A DNA stretch of 64,000 nucleotides, from assembly GCF_036321535.1 (NCBI RefSeq), contig NC_087472.1, positions 101,930,001 through 101,994,000 of the forward strand. The letters are read 5' to 3'. This DNA is from Camelus dromedarius (taxonomy: Eukaryota). The position numbers were made by a program, and so were the translations under genes. Positions 50,536 through 63,655 of this stretch are shown one piece after another (position 1 is the stretch's first letter; every line of letters starts with the position of its first letter). The notes beneath the pieces were generated by a model. It was not told the DNA's origin. It saw nothing but the letters and a program-made list of their open reading frames with translations, and made no database searches.

Positions 50536-50929
50536 CAGTGGTTTGGTTCTCAGTCTTGGCTGCAGAGTGGAATCATCTGGGGAGCTTTAAAAACTACCGA
50601 TGCAGGCTATGTTAAGAGAAGGTAAGCTACAGTCCTTCCCTTTGTCACCTAGCACTCCCCAGTTTGGAGATAGAAAACTAAGACAGATCCATATCTACAT
50701 TAAATACGGGGTCCAAAATATACACAAAAAATCCTTAGGAATCTGGAAAATCATACTGAAGTAACAAATAAAAATCACCCTGACTTGGAAAAAAACTAAT
50801 GCTTGAGTTCTCCTCTTCTTACCCTTCTCCCCTTTCTGATTTTATTTGTCTGCAGTGAGACACAGGCACCAGGGATTTCTAATAGATTCCCAGGTGATCC
50901 TGATGTGCATCCAGAGTTGAGAACCACTG
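50536..50929. mobile_element. MER5A1-like hAT MITE with an internal insertion of about 230 bp
   Basis: Left arm 'cagtgg..ttctcagtcttggctgca...gaatcatctggggagctttaaaaa' and right arm 'ttctgattt...cccaggtgatcctgatgtgcatccagagttgagaaccactg'. Confidence 0.8.
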
Positions 50930-52545
50930 GGCCAGAAGGAGACATAAGAAATCTGTGCTGTTTGCCTCTGGGGAGGGAAGGAGAAGCATGAAATCATCAA
51001 GAGGAAACGAATTTTACTTCACATCTGAAGGGGAAAAAATGACTGAATGTGAGGATTTGTAATTCTGGAAGGTGAGACTACAGGTTTTTTTTGGGGGGGG
51101 GGGTTTACATCATTCTCAATTTTTTTCTCTATTTCTTTAAATTTATAATATCTCTTTAAGATTAAAGATAAGCTTATTTGTGAATCCATAGGAGTGTCAT
51201 TATGATGAATGTAAGGTATAATCAAGAAACATTGTTGGTTTCATTTTATAGAGACACAGGAACAAGGATATAAACACAGGCCTCAGATTTGCAGCCGCTG
51301 CAAGCTCACTGCAAGTCCCATCAATAATTTTAGCATCTTCCCAGACCTCTCACCCACAGTTGAAACATGTTAATCCTGCTTTAGGGGTTCACCCTTAATT
51401 CCTGGTTAATGCTATAGTTAAGTGGCTTAGCCAAGTAGAAAAAACAAGTGGTTCAATGGTAACAACAATAACAACAATGTTGTTTATAGACAAATAATTT
51501 TTAAAAGATGAGCACTATCATTTGGTTAATAAGCCTACCATTCAGCCTGTTTGCAACAGCTTTGGCTGTACTGGTTGTTCTCAGCCTGATTGGTTGGTTG
51601 CCATGCTGCACAGCTGATAAATATTCTGAATTCCCACCTTAGTCTTCTTAATCTGTTTGCATTGATTTACTCACCCTCTCTCATCTTGCTCTCCAGTGGG
51701 ACCAGTAGCACACCTCAAAAAGAATGCTACTCTGCAGCAAGAGAACAGAGCAAGGCTGATGGCCTCTCAGAGGGGATCAAGTCCATGATCATTAGGAGGC
51801 TTTGTCTAACTAAGCACAGAGAAGGCACTCCAGCAAAAAGGCTATCAATTAATATAAGGAAAGCTACTGCAGGGGAAAATTATATTCAGTGCTGGAGAAA
51901 AAGGAAAAAGAATGCTGAAGAAAGGATAGAAAATGTGAGTTCTAGTCCCATTTCCGCTACAGTGGCTATGACATGTTTTGTTTTAATTCCTCCCCTTGTT
52001 GTCATCCATCTTCCTTCTTCCCCCCTTTTCTTAAGATTTCAATCAACAAACATTTATTTATCCAAAAGGAAGTCTAAATGTTTTTAGAAATAATTTGGCT
52101 TCTGTGACATTATCAACAATTGTATTGCTGCTCAGTAGGAGAAAACCCCTCCTCCAAAATTAATGGGATAATAGGAACTTCATGAGATGGTTGTTTTTCT
52201 AAACTATAGTGTGTTTCTTTTGTGCTAATACTGCAGACAACTTGGGATATCACACACTGATTAAGCTGACAGCCCCTCTGCACCCCATTTTACCTGTTCA
52301 GTATCTCTATAGTCATATTGAGTGTTGGTTAATTTTGGATACATCTGTCTTTCCACCAAGCCATGGGTCCCTCAAAGGCAAGGAACTTGTCTTATTCATC
52401 TGTGTATCCATAGTGCCTGGACCACAGTAAAAAAAAAAAAAAGTTTTGAATTGGCTAGAAATGATACCAAGACAGAGCAAATTAGTATGTCATCTATCAC
52501 TGGCTCCCTTGTAGAGAAAATTCTTTGGCTTTGTTTCTAGGTCAA

Positions 52546-52943
52546 TGTAGTGGATACTGTGTTATGCCTCTCCATTTCTCCCTTCAGGATTCAAGTCCTC
52601 ATTCCGCCAGCTTACTGGAGTGTTTGTAGCCCAGCATCATCTACTTGATGGAAGAGAGCTGCCCCAGCCAGCATGTGCCCCTTTGTTGGGGGTCAATGCA
52701 GAGAAATGAAGACCTGGGCCCTCACCCTAACCCCAGACAACTCTGCAAAGGTTATCCCCACTCTAGAGTTCCCCACAGGGCCAACAGAGGCCTTTTTCTG
52801 ACTACACTATAGCTCAGATTATCCCCTGCCTAATCCCACTACTTTCTCTTCTTTCACAGGTGTTAATCCAGAGCACCCCTAATAAACTCTGCAAACTGAT
52901 CTCTCCACCAGAGTCTGCTTCCCAGGGAACGCAACAGGCAACA
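52546..52943 (+). mobile_element. LTR16A-like solo LTR
   Basis: 'tgtagtggatactgtg' through 'ctaataaac...cagagtctgcttcccagggaac...gcaaca'. Confidence 0.8.
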
Positions 52944-54789
52944 CCCTCTCTCCTCTGCTGCAGATGTGCCCTTCTCAGGCCTGATCTGTAAAACACTGAG
53001 TACCTATTGGAGCCCAGGTCTACTTCTGGGTTGAGTTTTTCTGTTCCCCAGCCCCTCTCCTTCCCACTCTTCTACAAACGTCTACCCATCCCTACTCAGA
53101 GATCCTGTTACAATCCAAACAGACGAAAATTCCCTCTCTGGGTCCCAAGTAACTAAACTGAACACCATTTAGTTGCAATGGAATCCCTTTCCAGGAAGTG
53201 TCTGCTTCCGGTATCTTTTAACAACTGAGCACATCCCAAGTTCAAATCGCAGTTTCCGACAGCAAAACACTCAGCTCGGCAGAGGCACCCTTGGCACAGG
53301 CCAGCTGCTCTCCCAGCTTCATTTACAGAGTTGCTGCAGCTCAGGTTTTCCACCACCTGGAATTTCTTTTAGCTGGGGATGGCTTTTGGATTCTTTTGGA
53401 GGAAATGGCTCCCCCTGCCCCTGGGCAGAGCTCAGCCTGGAGTTTTCCCAGGCTAGTGCACCCCAAGCCAACCAGAGACGAGACTCAGAACTGAGAAGAT
53501 GCTGGGAACTACCAAACACAGACTTGACATGACTGGTTTTGAGTTGACAGCTAGGACAGCCAAGTCCCTTCACTCCTACCCTGGAACTGCCCAACATCTT
53601 GTAGTAGCAGATGCCCACCACAGACACTGGACGTCAGTCACACAATTGTCTGGGCATCACTGTGCGAATGTCTCTTTATTAGTAATGTAGGCCTTTCCAT
53701 CTATTTTCCCCACTGTCTGTGGAACATCCTCTCACGCCCACAAAAAAAAAAAAAAAGAAAGAAAGCTTTCTCAGGAGGCTCAAACATTCCTCTTTCAGCC
53801 ATCCCCCTCCCCAGCAATACAGTTTTCTCTGTATTTGATAGAATCAAAATCAGATGTGTCGCCATCAGGATATGATAAACCGTACTCTGGTGTTTCATCA
53901 TAAGAGCAGGTTTGGGACTAAAGCCAAACAGTGGCAAGTTCTTCCTCTCAAAGAAAAATTGCTTTCAAGAATTAAATAAAATTCTCCTTCTTCACACCAT
54001 CCTCAACAGACGCTTCCCCGAACCATGGTACGCTGTTTTATGAGGATGATCTTTTTGCTGAGTATCTTGAATATTTCCATATTTCAAATCAATGCATTTG
54101 ATGCTTTCAGCAAAAATAAATAGAGCCTTTAGCAAATCATTTCAGAGTCATAGGCCAGATAAAATTGAGGTGAAATCTGTCCTTAATGCTTAAAAAAAAA
54201 AAAGAAGTGGAAGAAAGACTACACTGCCTTGTTCTGCAAGCAAAGAGAACTGATCTGGAGTGGAGATTTGATGGACTTTAATCTCACCCCTGGTATTTGG
54301 GGGCCTTCCAGCACCCACACATTTTTGTCAGGCAGTGTTTATAAAGAACTAGAGAAGCAGCAGCAATTCAGAAAAAGATTTTGTTTCAGGATGGAAAAGA
54401 GTAATCAAGAAGTCACGTGGTCTATTATTATGCCACAAGAAGTAAGGGACTTATAAGTAAGTGGTGAGAGAAACGACTTGGTAAACAAACCTTTTTTCTC
54501 TCCAAAAGGAGAAGAGGAAGAGCTAGAGACCATTTCAGTGCTACTCAGGAGGTGAGATTTGAGGTTTGATCACTTCTGCAGACCTCTAAGAGAGAGGATA
54601 GCATTTCTAAAGCTGTAGTAAATATTGATTGTGTAACTGCTTTAGATTTACTCTGGGGCTCTTAAGAGAAAGAATTTTCTCAGATTGAGGTTTTTTCATT
54701 GCAGCTAGCCCACCAGGACAAAATGCTTGTTCCTTCTGCTTCCTGTAACTCCAAACTAGTTTGCAATCAGTATTACTGTCAATCATCAT

Positions 54790-55190
54790 CTAATGGAGGT
54801 AGCAATGATAGTGATGGTGATGATGGAGATGAGAGTGATGGTGGCAGACATGGGATGGTCATGGAAGCAGTGAGAGTGGCGGTAATATGTGGAGGAGGTA
54901 GTGATAATGATGGTAATGATGATGGTGATGTGGTAGAGGTGATGATGGTGTAAGAGTTATTGTGACAGTGACAATGTGCGAGAGATGGTGTGGTAGAGAC
55001 AGTGGTGATGCTGATGCAGTAAAAGTGGTCATAGTAATGGTAGTGGTGATGATGGTGATGGGAGTGGTGACAGTGATTGTGGTGGTGATGGTGGTGACGC
55101 TGATGGAGATTATGATGGTCATGGTAGCAGTGACGATAAGAGTGGTAGCGATGGTAATGAGTTAATGATTGTAGCGGTGGTAGTGATATG
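54790..55190. repeat. Degenerate (GAT/GGT)n trinucleotide low-complexity tract
   Basis: About 400 bp of gat/ggt/agt triplets; explains the V/M-rich and T/I/H-rich pseudo-ORFs. Confidence 0.92.
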
Positions 55191-55558
55191 GTAAACTCAA
55201 TTACAGTGATAAGACCAGTCTTTTACAGACACTATGTCCCTCTTCTGAAGGTTACAAGATCCTAGAATTGATTTCTGAACTTCCTTACTGAGTTTTCATA
55301 GTAATAAGTGGATTTATTTATTCTGTCATTCAGAAAGTATTGATTCAGCATTCACAGTGTTCCAGGTACTGTTCAAGGTACTGGTGATACAGCAGTAAAC
55401 AAAACAAATGAAACTCTGCTCTCAAAGAGCCTCTATTTTCGCCAATGAGACAGACAATAAACCAAAGGGATAAATAAACTATGCATTACATAGGGTGACG
55501 ATAAGCCCTAAAGAGACAAAGCATGGGATGTGAGATAGGGAGTACAAGCAGGGCTGTG

Positions 55559-55605
55559 GTGTGTGTGTGTGTGTGTGCGCACGCGAGTGAGAGTGAGAGT
55601 GCGAG

Positions 55606-55650
<45 letters not shown>
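55559..55650. repeat. Compound (GT)n-(GAGT)-(GA)n microsatellite
   Basis: Seen directly. Confidence 0.95.
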
Positions 55651-55651
<1 letters not shown>

Positions 55652-56192
55652 TGCAGAGCTGCTCAGCGAATATTCTCTCTTCCCCCTCCCAGCATGGGCA
55701 GAGTATACTTCCCTAACTCATGATTATTGGGCTTGGTCACGTGATTTCCTTTGACCAATGGGATGTTCGTGGAATGTGAACCAGAGATTATCAATTGCTT
55801 CCATTGTGTGGCTTGGCCCATGTACCCTGATGATAGATCACAAGAGGAGTATGCCTTGGAAGGCCACTTCCCCTTCATTCTAGGCCTCAGCACAAGTACA
55901 CAGAGAGCAGACCTGAACCCCACTGCCGCCTACAGCAAAGCTGACAAGTTAGACCTATCCCAGAGCAATCAGGTCTCAGTCAAAGCAGGGTACAGCTCAG
56001 TAGTAGAGCACATGCTTAGCATACATGAGGTCCTGGGTTCAATCCCCAGTACCTCTATTTCAATAAATTAATTAAATATTTAAAAAGAGAAAAAAAGTCT
56101 CAGTCAAAGCCACAAGTATGGAAATAAATGCTCGTTGTGAGCCACCAAGGCTTCCTTCACCCCCTAATTATGGCAATAGCTGAGTGAACACA
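55651..56192 (+). mobile_element. MLT1 (MLT1I/K-like) solo LTR interrupted by a SINE
   Basis: 'gggcttggtcacgtgatttcctttgaccaatgggatg' and 'aaataaatgctcgttgtgagccac...ggcaatagctga'. Confidence 0.75.
55987..56096 (+). mobile_element. tRNA-Ala-derived SINE (Vic-1 type, short tail)
   Basis: tRNA-like head plus A-rich tail; perfect 14-bp TSD gtctcagtcaaagc (55973-55986 / 56097-56110). Confidence 0.92.
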
Positions 56193-59100
56193 GAGTCATC
56201 AGAATTTTAAATCAGGTGATCAGGGAAGACTTTCTTGGGAAGACGACACCTGGGAAAAGACCTGAATGAGGTGAAGCAACAAAGAATGCCAGTAGCTACT
56301 GAAAGATCTTTCTTGACAGAGAGGAAAGCAAGGGCAGACAGCAGCTCTGAGGTGGGAAGAGAAATGACATGTTCAAGCGAAGAGGCCAACGTGTCTGCAA
56401 CAAAGTGAGAGAGGGGCAAAGTAACAGGGGCTGAGGTTAGAGAAGCGAGGGATGGGGGGCTGATTGTGCAGGGCCTCGTAGGTCACAGTACAAATACTGG
56501 GAAGCCAGGAGAGGGCTTGAGAAGAAAAGTAACTCCATTTAACTTGTATTTTGAAGGGCTTACTCTGGTGTGAGTGAGGGTGAACAATCAGCTCTTGGGA
56601 GGTAAGGGTGGAAAGGAGCTAAGGCCCCAAGGAGAGACGCCAGCGCCTCAGATGGGGCACGGAGCAGGGGTGAGTGGCAGTGGTGACATTGTCTCAGACC
56701 ATCTCGATGGGATGGCCCAGACTCTTCATCCTCCCACCCCAGTAACCAAGCAAGGCAGCCAAGGCTGTTAGGGTTGAGATCACTGGTAGTTATCAGTGAG
56801 GGAGCCAAGATGGACGAAAGGCCCCACCCCTACATCACCAAGCTGGTGCTGAGCACAGGGAGCGTCGCCACTCCATCCCTCTATTGTCTCGGGAGGTCTT
56901 AGTGATTCAGGCAAGGAGGATCTTTTCAGAACAGCTCAGGCAGACACAAATACAGCCTGACAGCCCAGCCACCATCTCTTGTGTGCATGGATCCTTCCCG
57001 CTTTGTCCCAGTCGGCAACATGCCTTTTATTCCCAGAGTCAGACGAAGAGCCTGCCTGCCTGCCTCCCTGGGGCCCTGGCCGCCCTTAATGTTTCACAGT
57101 GGCACCAAAAGGGCTGGGATGCCTACTTTCTCCCAATTTTTGGAGGTTCCATTTGAAATGAATCTGTCTGGCTCAGGTACTCCAATAACCCTCCACTTTC
57201 CCCCGGTGCTATACTATCCTTAACCAACTGCTTCTCTACTTGGCCTTGAACCTCTGTGCAGTAATCAAAAATGCAGACTTAGTCCAGCATTTTCCAAACT
57301 CTGTGGGAGACATTGCACTTTTCTTCAAGTTTCATCTGATTATATGGGAAGGTAGGTAATGGTGTGTGTGCAATTGTGTGTATGTAGGTCTGGAGGAGGA
57401 GGTACCACACAGAATATTTTTTGAGTGTTATCCAGTAAGATTTGATTATTATTATCTGCATATTATTATTTAAGCTTGTATTCTCTGCCTTTTTTTCCGC
57501 CTTGGCTCAAGTTCAAGCACTCAGAGAATATGTTTTAGAAGAGAAATTTTCCCCAAGTCAAAAATGGCCTAAGATAAATGCATCTCTCTGTAAGAATATT
57601 TTAAAAGATTAGCAAGTTGAACTAAATTGGCCCAGTCCTCTCTTATTTTGTAAAGTGACCTCTAAGAAAAAGAGAAACCTTTGTGGAAAACTATCAGAGC
57701 AGCTAAATACTTTGTTTCCTATTAGTTAATCATCAGGTTTGGAGAAATACTTTGTTCTGACCTTCTGTAGCCATGGATGTGAGTCCATTTAGCTGGATTT
57801 AGTGTTGACCTCAGAGCCTTTGGCTGCAGGTTACCATGACAACAAGCTCCACCCCAGTCAAGGGAAGAGGAGGAGGTTTTCACCAAAGAACTCCAGACAG
57901 AAGAGTTCTTTCGCTTTTGGGAAGGAAGGCTAACTCCATCAAGGATGTGAGCAGACATCCAAGGTAGGGGTCACAAGACCATCTTCCAGCATCACAGTGG
58001 GCTGGAACCAGAGAGGGGACTCTGGGAGCACCAATGGAGCCACCCCATTTTATGGAGGAGGAAACTGAGGCCCAGCATTGGAGGTCACCAAATCTGGTCC
58101 CCAATACAGTCCTTGGGAGGTGAAGTTTAGTCACAAGTATAAACAGGTGATCTGAGGTGTGGAAGGACTGCTCATGGAGAAAATGAATAATGCAAAAGGT
58201 CACTGTGGGATGTCATGTCTGTCCTGTGTTCACAATGTGTGAAGACTGGCTAAAATGTTGAAGCTGGGCCACCGTTCTGTTTAGATTCTCTTCAAGAACT
58301 GTATGTGAGAACAAACTGAAAGAATAAAGCTGCCTGAAAAAGCAAAAGGAATTGGGTGGGTCTCATCAGCTGATGGTGGTCTGTGTGCACTAGTGGAGGG
58401 CCCTTCCCTGATTTGCAGCCCTCACCGTCTGGCTTCCCAGGTGAGGCTGCGGATATCCAACCTTCATACATCCCCACCTTCCCTCCAACTTGCTATCTCT
58501 AGCCATGTGGACTTTAATTAAATGCTGTCATTATAAGTGACCCTGAGATTTTCATGTATTTTCTCATTCTCATCACTCAGCAAAACAAGTCTCAGAGAAA
58601 GTCAAGTTCAATGATTTGCCCAAGGTCACATATCTTGTGAGAAACAGAAGCAGGTCTCTGGGACAAGGAATTCAATGCTTTCTCCATCAACTATGCCACC
58701 CACCAGGAAAACGTTACAGATTGCTAACTGGATGGTTAACGCTAGAAATGGTTAATGAGTAGAAACGCCACAAAAATGCATAGGTAAAGACAATCTCTAA
58801 GTAAGGCAAGTGAGGAAAATAACTGCTGAAAGTTAGGAGAGAGACCAAATCATCAACAAAAGGAAAAAATAAGTAACTACTTGATTCTCTGTACAGGTCA
58901 ACAAAAGGAGGAAACTGAGTGGTACCAGCATCACATGCCCTTAGATCACGAATCCAAGATGGTAAAGCAGAGTCAAATGCAGAGAAAAACACAGAATTTT
59001 CTAAGGGAAAGACTTCACCTGTAAAAGGCAAAACTAAATAAAATGTATGAGTTTGAAATGGGCCTTTTCTATGAAAAAAATTAAAAGCCTCCATCATATG

Positions 59101-59510
59101 ATTGCAAGCAAGAGAAAAAACTCTCATTATCTCAGGCAAATGGAACATTTAATGAGCAGGCTATCAAGGGCTAACAGAATCAATAAGAAGCTAGAGGAGA
59201 AGGCTTGGAACAACCAGCAGGACCCAAGGGTGCTACTGAAGTAACAGGAACGACAGCCAAAGCCCAGTTGCCACAGGCACAGAATTTTCTACTACCACTG
59301 CTATACATCTGATTTTGAACTTTCCCTACTTTCCTTTGTGCCCCTTGTTTAAGATTCCACACCCCAAGAGAAAGTGTCTCGTCCACTCAAAGCTTAGTGT
59401 TCTAGGGGGCAGATAGAGGGAGGAGCTGTCCCCTTTGCCTTCTATAATCAGAGCATCAGCAGGAGGCTGAGATGGCTCTTGCCTTCCTACTAAAACCATG
59501 CACAATGCGG

Positions 59511-59910
59511 TGTGTTAGTTGGGCAATACTAACTGTTGTAACAAACCACAAGGTTTAATGGCTTAACACAACAGAAGTGATTCTGCAGGCATAAAACTCC
59601 AACACAGATACTCCTGGTTGGCAGTCAACCTTCCCAGGATTATTCATGACCCAGGCTCCTTCCATATTGTAGCTCCCCCCTCCTCTTGGGCCTTGGAGTC
59701 CTCTGCATTCAGCTGGAGGATGGATAAGGTACACTCACTGCTTAAGCTTCTTGGTCCAGACATGACATACTTCACTACCACTCCCATTCCACTGGTAAGA
59801 ACCAGTCCTATGGCATCAACTACAGGTAAGGAGGCATGGGAAATGTAGTTCCTGGTGGGCTGATGCTTCCAATGATTCTACACTTGGCAAAAGGAAGACC
59901 AACCCTTCTA
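59511..59910 (-). mobile_element. MLT1J/K-like solo LTR
   Basis: 'taatggcttaacacaacagaagt', 'ccaggctccttccatattgt' and 'gggaaatgtagttc'. Confidence 0.75.
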
Positions 59911-60104
59911 TGGACAAAAAGTATCCCTGTTATGGGAGACCTTCTACAAAGAGGGATGGGGGCCAACAGTAAGGGTGCTGGGGATACACAGGTCACTCTC
60001 CTATAATCACATGAAGATGATACTTCAACAAAATTGGGGTTCTGAGGTCAAGAAGAGTGGGGTAAATGGATACTGAGTGGTCAATCAACAGTATCCACTA
60101 AAGA

Positions 60105-60500
60105 TGGAGAAGGCTTCACCTGGTAAGAAAGGTCATTCCACTTTGGGGGCAGTGTTAATTACTAGTAAGTTCTTCTTTATATTGAGCCCAAACCTTACTC
60201 CTAGCTTTGTTCTTGGGAACTCCAGAGCAGAAGTCTAAACCTTCCTTCTGACATACTTTCAAAACTTAAAGACAGATATTATATATTTCTACTCACACCA
60301 AAGTTTTCTCTTCTTTAGGCTGAACCTACTGGCTTTTATCCTCCCCAATAGATCATTTTCCACCTCTTCATCCCTCTTGTTTTTCATTTATGTACATGTT
60401 CCAGTTTGACAAAATCCCTCTTATAGGTTAATTCCCAGGAAAGAACAGCACAACTACACCATCCTTTGTTTTCCCTACAATCCCTCTAACACAGCCAAAG
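60105..60500 (-). mobile_element. L3/CR1 LINE relic
   Basis: 'aagttcttctttatattgagcccaaac' and 'ttttctcttctttaggctgaac' resemble reversed CR1/L3. Confidence 0.55.
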
Positions 60501-60504
60501 ACTA

Positions 60505-60850
60505 TACATTCAACTAAGGTAACAGAAGCTACTCTAACAGATAAACCCCAATATCTCAATGCCTTTACACAACAGATGTTCACTTCTCACTCACATCAGG
60601 TCCTGATTGACAGGTGGCCCCGCTCCAAGCAGTGGTGACCCATGCCTCTTCCAACTTCTGGCCCTGCTGTAGTCAACACAGAGCTTCCAAAGTCACCCTT
60701 TTTTTCGTATCGAGCTAGAGGGGAAAGAACATGGTGAATCTTGTGTGGGTAGTATTTATAGGCCTAGAAACAGAGCATCTCACATTCTGTTGGCTTACAC
60801 CTGACTGCAAGGGAGGCCGGGAAATGTAGTCTAACGACTTCTGCCCCAGA
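60505..60850 (-). mobile_element. MLT1J/K-like LTR fragment
   Basis: 'taacagataaaccccaatatctcaatgcctttacacaacagatgttcacttctcactcaca' and 'tgcaagggaggccgggaaatgtagtct'. Confidence 0.7.
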
Positions 60851-61767
60851 TATTTAGCTACTGGGCACCTGCATCTCACTGATGGTTTTTCTGGAGCTTG
60901 CTGTTGCCCAGATTCTACCAGATTTTATCTTAATGGGCTGCTGCTAAGATGGCCTCCCTGTCTTATAAAGTATAGAATTCATCATTTGAACTTTTGGGCA
61001 AGACTCCTCATGGCTCCCACTCATTGCCCATTTAGGACCCTCATTCTGCTTGTGGCTTCTACAACTTTCTTCCCTTTTAGGAAGGTCTCTGTGGGCATGG
61101 TATAACTAAGACCTACCTAGAGAAGAGCAATTTTTAACTGAGTGCAATCAAATTTGTAGAAGTCAAGCAAGGGTACTGACCCGTTTCAAGGATATCAAGG
61201 GCTTCAGGGAGTTACTAATTAATACCTCCAGTGAAAATCATGTTAACATTGTCACTTTCTATATTCTTTTTGCCACCATGGGTTTTTTTTCCCCTGAATT
61301 TGCAAGTAGATTTCCAGATCCTCTGTTGGTTCACTCTTCTGTGTCTTAACTGCCACGTGAAAAAGAGGGAAAATGGTCTGTCTGGCTCTGCTCTGCAATG
61401 CTGGGAATTTTGAAAATGAACTTCAAGTCGATGTTGCTGTCATTGCTTTTTCAGGCTTTGTGGGCCAGAACATTTGCTCTGTGTATCTATTTCCAACCCA
61501 TAATGCAAGACATGTAATTAGGTGCCTCCGCCTCTCCCTGGCAAGCTCAATCAGGCAGAGCCCATCCAAATGTACTGCAGACTCCTCTCCCATGGCAAAC
61601 CAGGGCAGATGTTTCTTACTCCAAACAACCACTTTCAAACAATTCTCCAGCCCACGGATCACCACTGGGATGTCAATAAACACTATTTGCTCTGAAGGAG
61701 CTCATGTTAATTCATAGGGTTCTTAAATACTGGACATAGGTTGTATGTGGCTTGAATTCTGTTAAAA

Positions 61768-61978
61768 TATTAAAAAATAGATCAACAACCAATTCATACT
61801 GTGTAGCACAGGGAACTGTATTCAATATCTTGTAGTAACCTATAATAAAAAAGAATATGAAAACGAATATATGTATATACATGTATGACTGAAACATTAT
61901 GCTGTACACCAGAAATTAACACGCTGTAAACCGACTATACATCAATAAAATAAATAAATAGATAAAATTTAAAAAAAC
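61768..61978 (+). mobile_element. 5'-truncated young LINE-1 3' UTR
   Basis: Close match to 13305-13480 ('gctgtacaccagaaatt'); A-rich tail. Confidence 0.9.
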
Positions 61979-62751
61979 TTCAAAGGAGATAGTACCATAT
62001 AGATCAAAAAAATCTCTTAAAAGATCCTTTTCAATAAGTGTGTGGTTCAACCTCAGGGTGTCACAAGTTTTTTTAGACCTGGAAGGAACCTATAGACTCA
62101 CACATGCATTCAAGGATTTACTATGCATCTGCTGTGTGCCAGCACTCGAGTTGATGATAGACATGGAGGTGAGTCCCTAGCTAGAGAAGCTTCCACACCA
62201 GTAGGGAAGACAGACACAAATCAGCAATTTGATATAATAATGTAAGAGATTAATATAAAATTCAGCTGAAAGATATTAGACCTGGATGAAGTCTCCCACA
62301 TCATCCAGCCCAGTTCTCCTCAGCCTTTTAGAACCAATACCCCCATTTATATATAAAAAAAAAACAAAAGCCTCTAGGCTACCCTTCAGGAAACTACAAT
62401 ATCCTCCACTCCCAGGAGATGTGAATCTTTTAGGAACATGGAGTTGGCTCCCGTGGATCTTGGGCAGCCCAGAAGATTTGTTCCTATTTTGCTTTTTTTG
62501 TAGTTTTATTAAAAAAAAACTCAATGTTTTCTAAATATTGAAATGCAATTTAAAAAACTCCTTCCTCCTCTCCTCCCCACATCCAACAACCATTAGCTCA
62601 TCCAAGTGCCCCATTTCGAAGATGAAGACATGGAGGTACAGAGAGGGGAAGACCAAGGCTCAGGGCCCCTAGTGCCTTCAGTGTTGTTTGTGGTGAATAA
62701 CGACCTGGGATGATGAAACAAAGAGCAGGTCTAGTTTCAAGAACAGTGTAG

Positions 62752-62914
62752 CCTTTGCTTCTCAAGATGTCACCTGTGGACGAGCGGCAGCAACATCATC
62801 TGGGAGCTTGTTAAAAATGCAGACTCTAAGGTACCGCCCAAGACCTACAGAGTCAGAATCTGCATTTTAAGCAGACCCCAGTGATTTGTATCTACACTAA
62901 AATCAGAAGCAGTG
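62752..62914. mobile_element. MER5A/B-like hAT MITE
   Basis: 'catcatctgggagcttgttaaaaatgcagactct...agacctacagagtcagaatctgcattttaa'. Confidence 0.78.
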
Positions 62915-63655
62915 TTGCAGCAGTCAATTGTTGATGCCCCCATGCCATATCTCATTTGCCCACTTGAGTTCATCAGCAGATATGGTAGACGGTTTCCAAC
63001 AGGCCAATAGCTTCGAATGCCTACATGTTAACTCCATGCAAGCATAGTGAAGTAGATGTCACAAGGTAAACCCACAACCAGTGAGGGACTGAAGCCAATA
63101 GAAAAATGCCCCATTTCCCCCATCCTTTAACCAGAGAATTGATTAATCCCTAGCTAGTATGGTCTGTCCAATGATGCAAACATCTTACCAAAAAGAATTC
63201 CAAATAATCCTGAAAGATTTTGTCCCAAAGCTGACAAGAGGATCATGCTGATTCTTATCAAGATCTACTTTGTTCAGGTGACTGTTGGGTTTTTCCCTGG
63301 CTCCTTGCCATCCCTCCGCCTCCTAGTCATCTCCCATGACTTAGGATTACCCCAGGCATGGGAAAGTAGCACCCAGTAATTTCTTGCAAACAGACTCCAC
63401 CTGCTTCTCTCATACAGCTTCCCCATGTTGCTTTGGGAATTCATCCAACAGTCTCTACCTTTCAAAGCCTTGAATCAGACACCGATCTGAGGCTGGAATT
63501 TCAGGGCACTGCTTTCTTATTTGGATTGGGTTTTAATCATAGGCTTGCCCTTCTCATGTCACAGTGACCATAGTCCCTCGGGGTCTCTAATTTACTTACT
63601 TTACGTTACTCTTTCTAAGAGGCATGCCTATCCATGGATGATGAATGTTGATATT

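Larger units (their letters stand above)
55320..56555 (-). mobile_element. L2 LINE fragment interrupted by a microsatellite, an MLT1 and a SINE
   Basis: 'ccaggtactgttcaaggtactggtgatacagcagtaaacaaaaca' resumes after 56205 as 'ggtgatcagggaagac...aaagacctgaatgaggtga'. Confidence 0.78.

Noticed and set aside
51590..52087. Longest ORF (165 aa) as a gene
   Set aside because: TTG start, no recognisable domain and no convincing splice context; consistent with a chance ORF.
54859..55165. Val/Met-rich 'membrane' ORF and Thr/His-rich ORF
   Set aside because: Both are translations of the GAT/GGT low-complexity tract.
57826..57952. Possible plus-strand coding exon (cag|GTTACC...GAT|gtgagc)
   Set aside because: One frame is open, but the pyrimidine tract is poor, the peptide is unrecognisable and no partner exons are visible.
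58190..58350. Minus-strand acceptor 'ccttttgctttttcag' as the start of a coding exon
   Set aside because: The frames I translated hit stops and no good donor follows.
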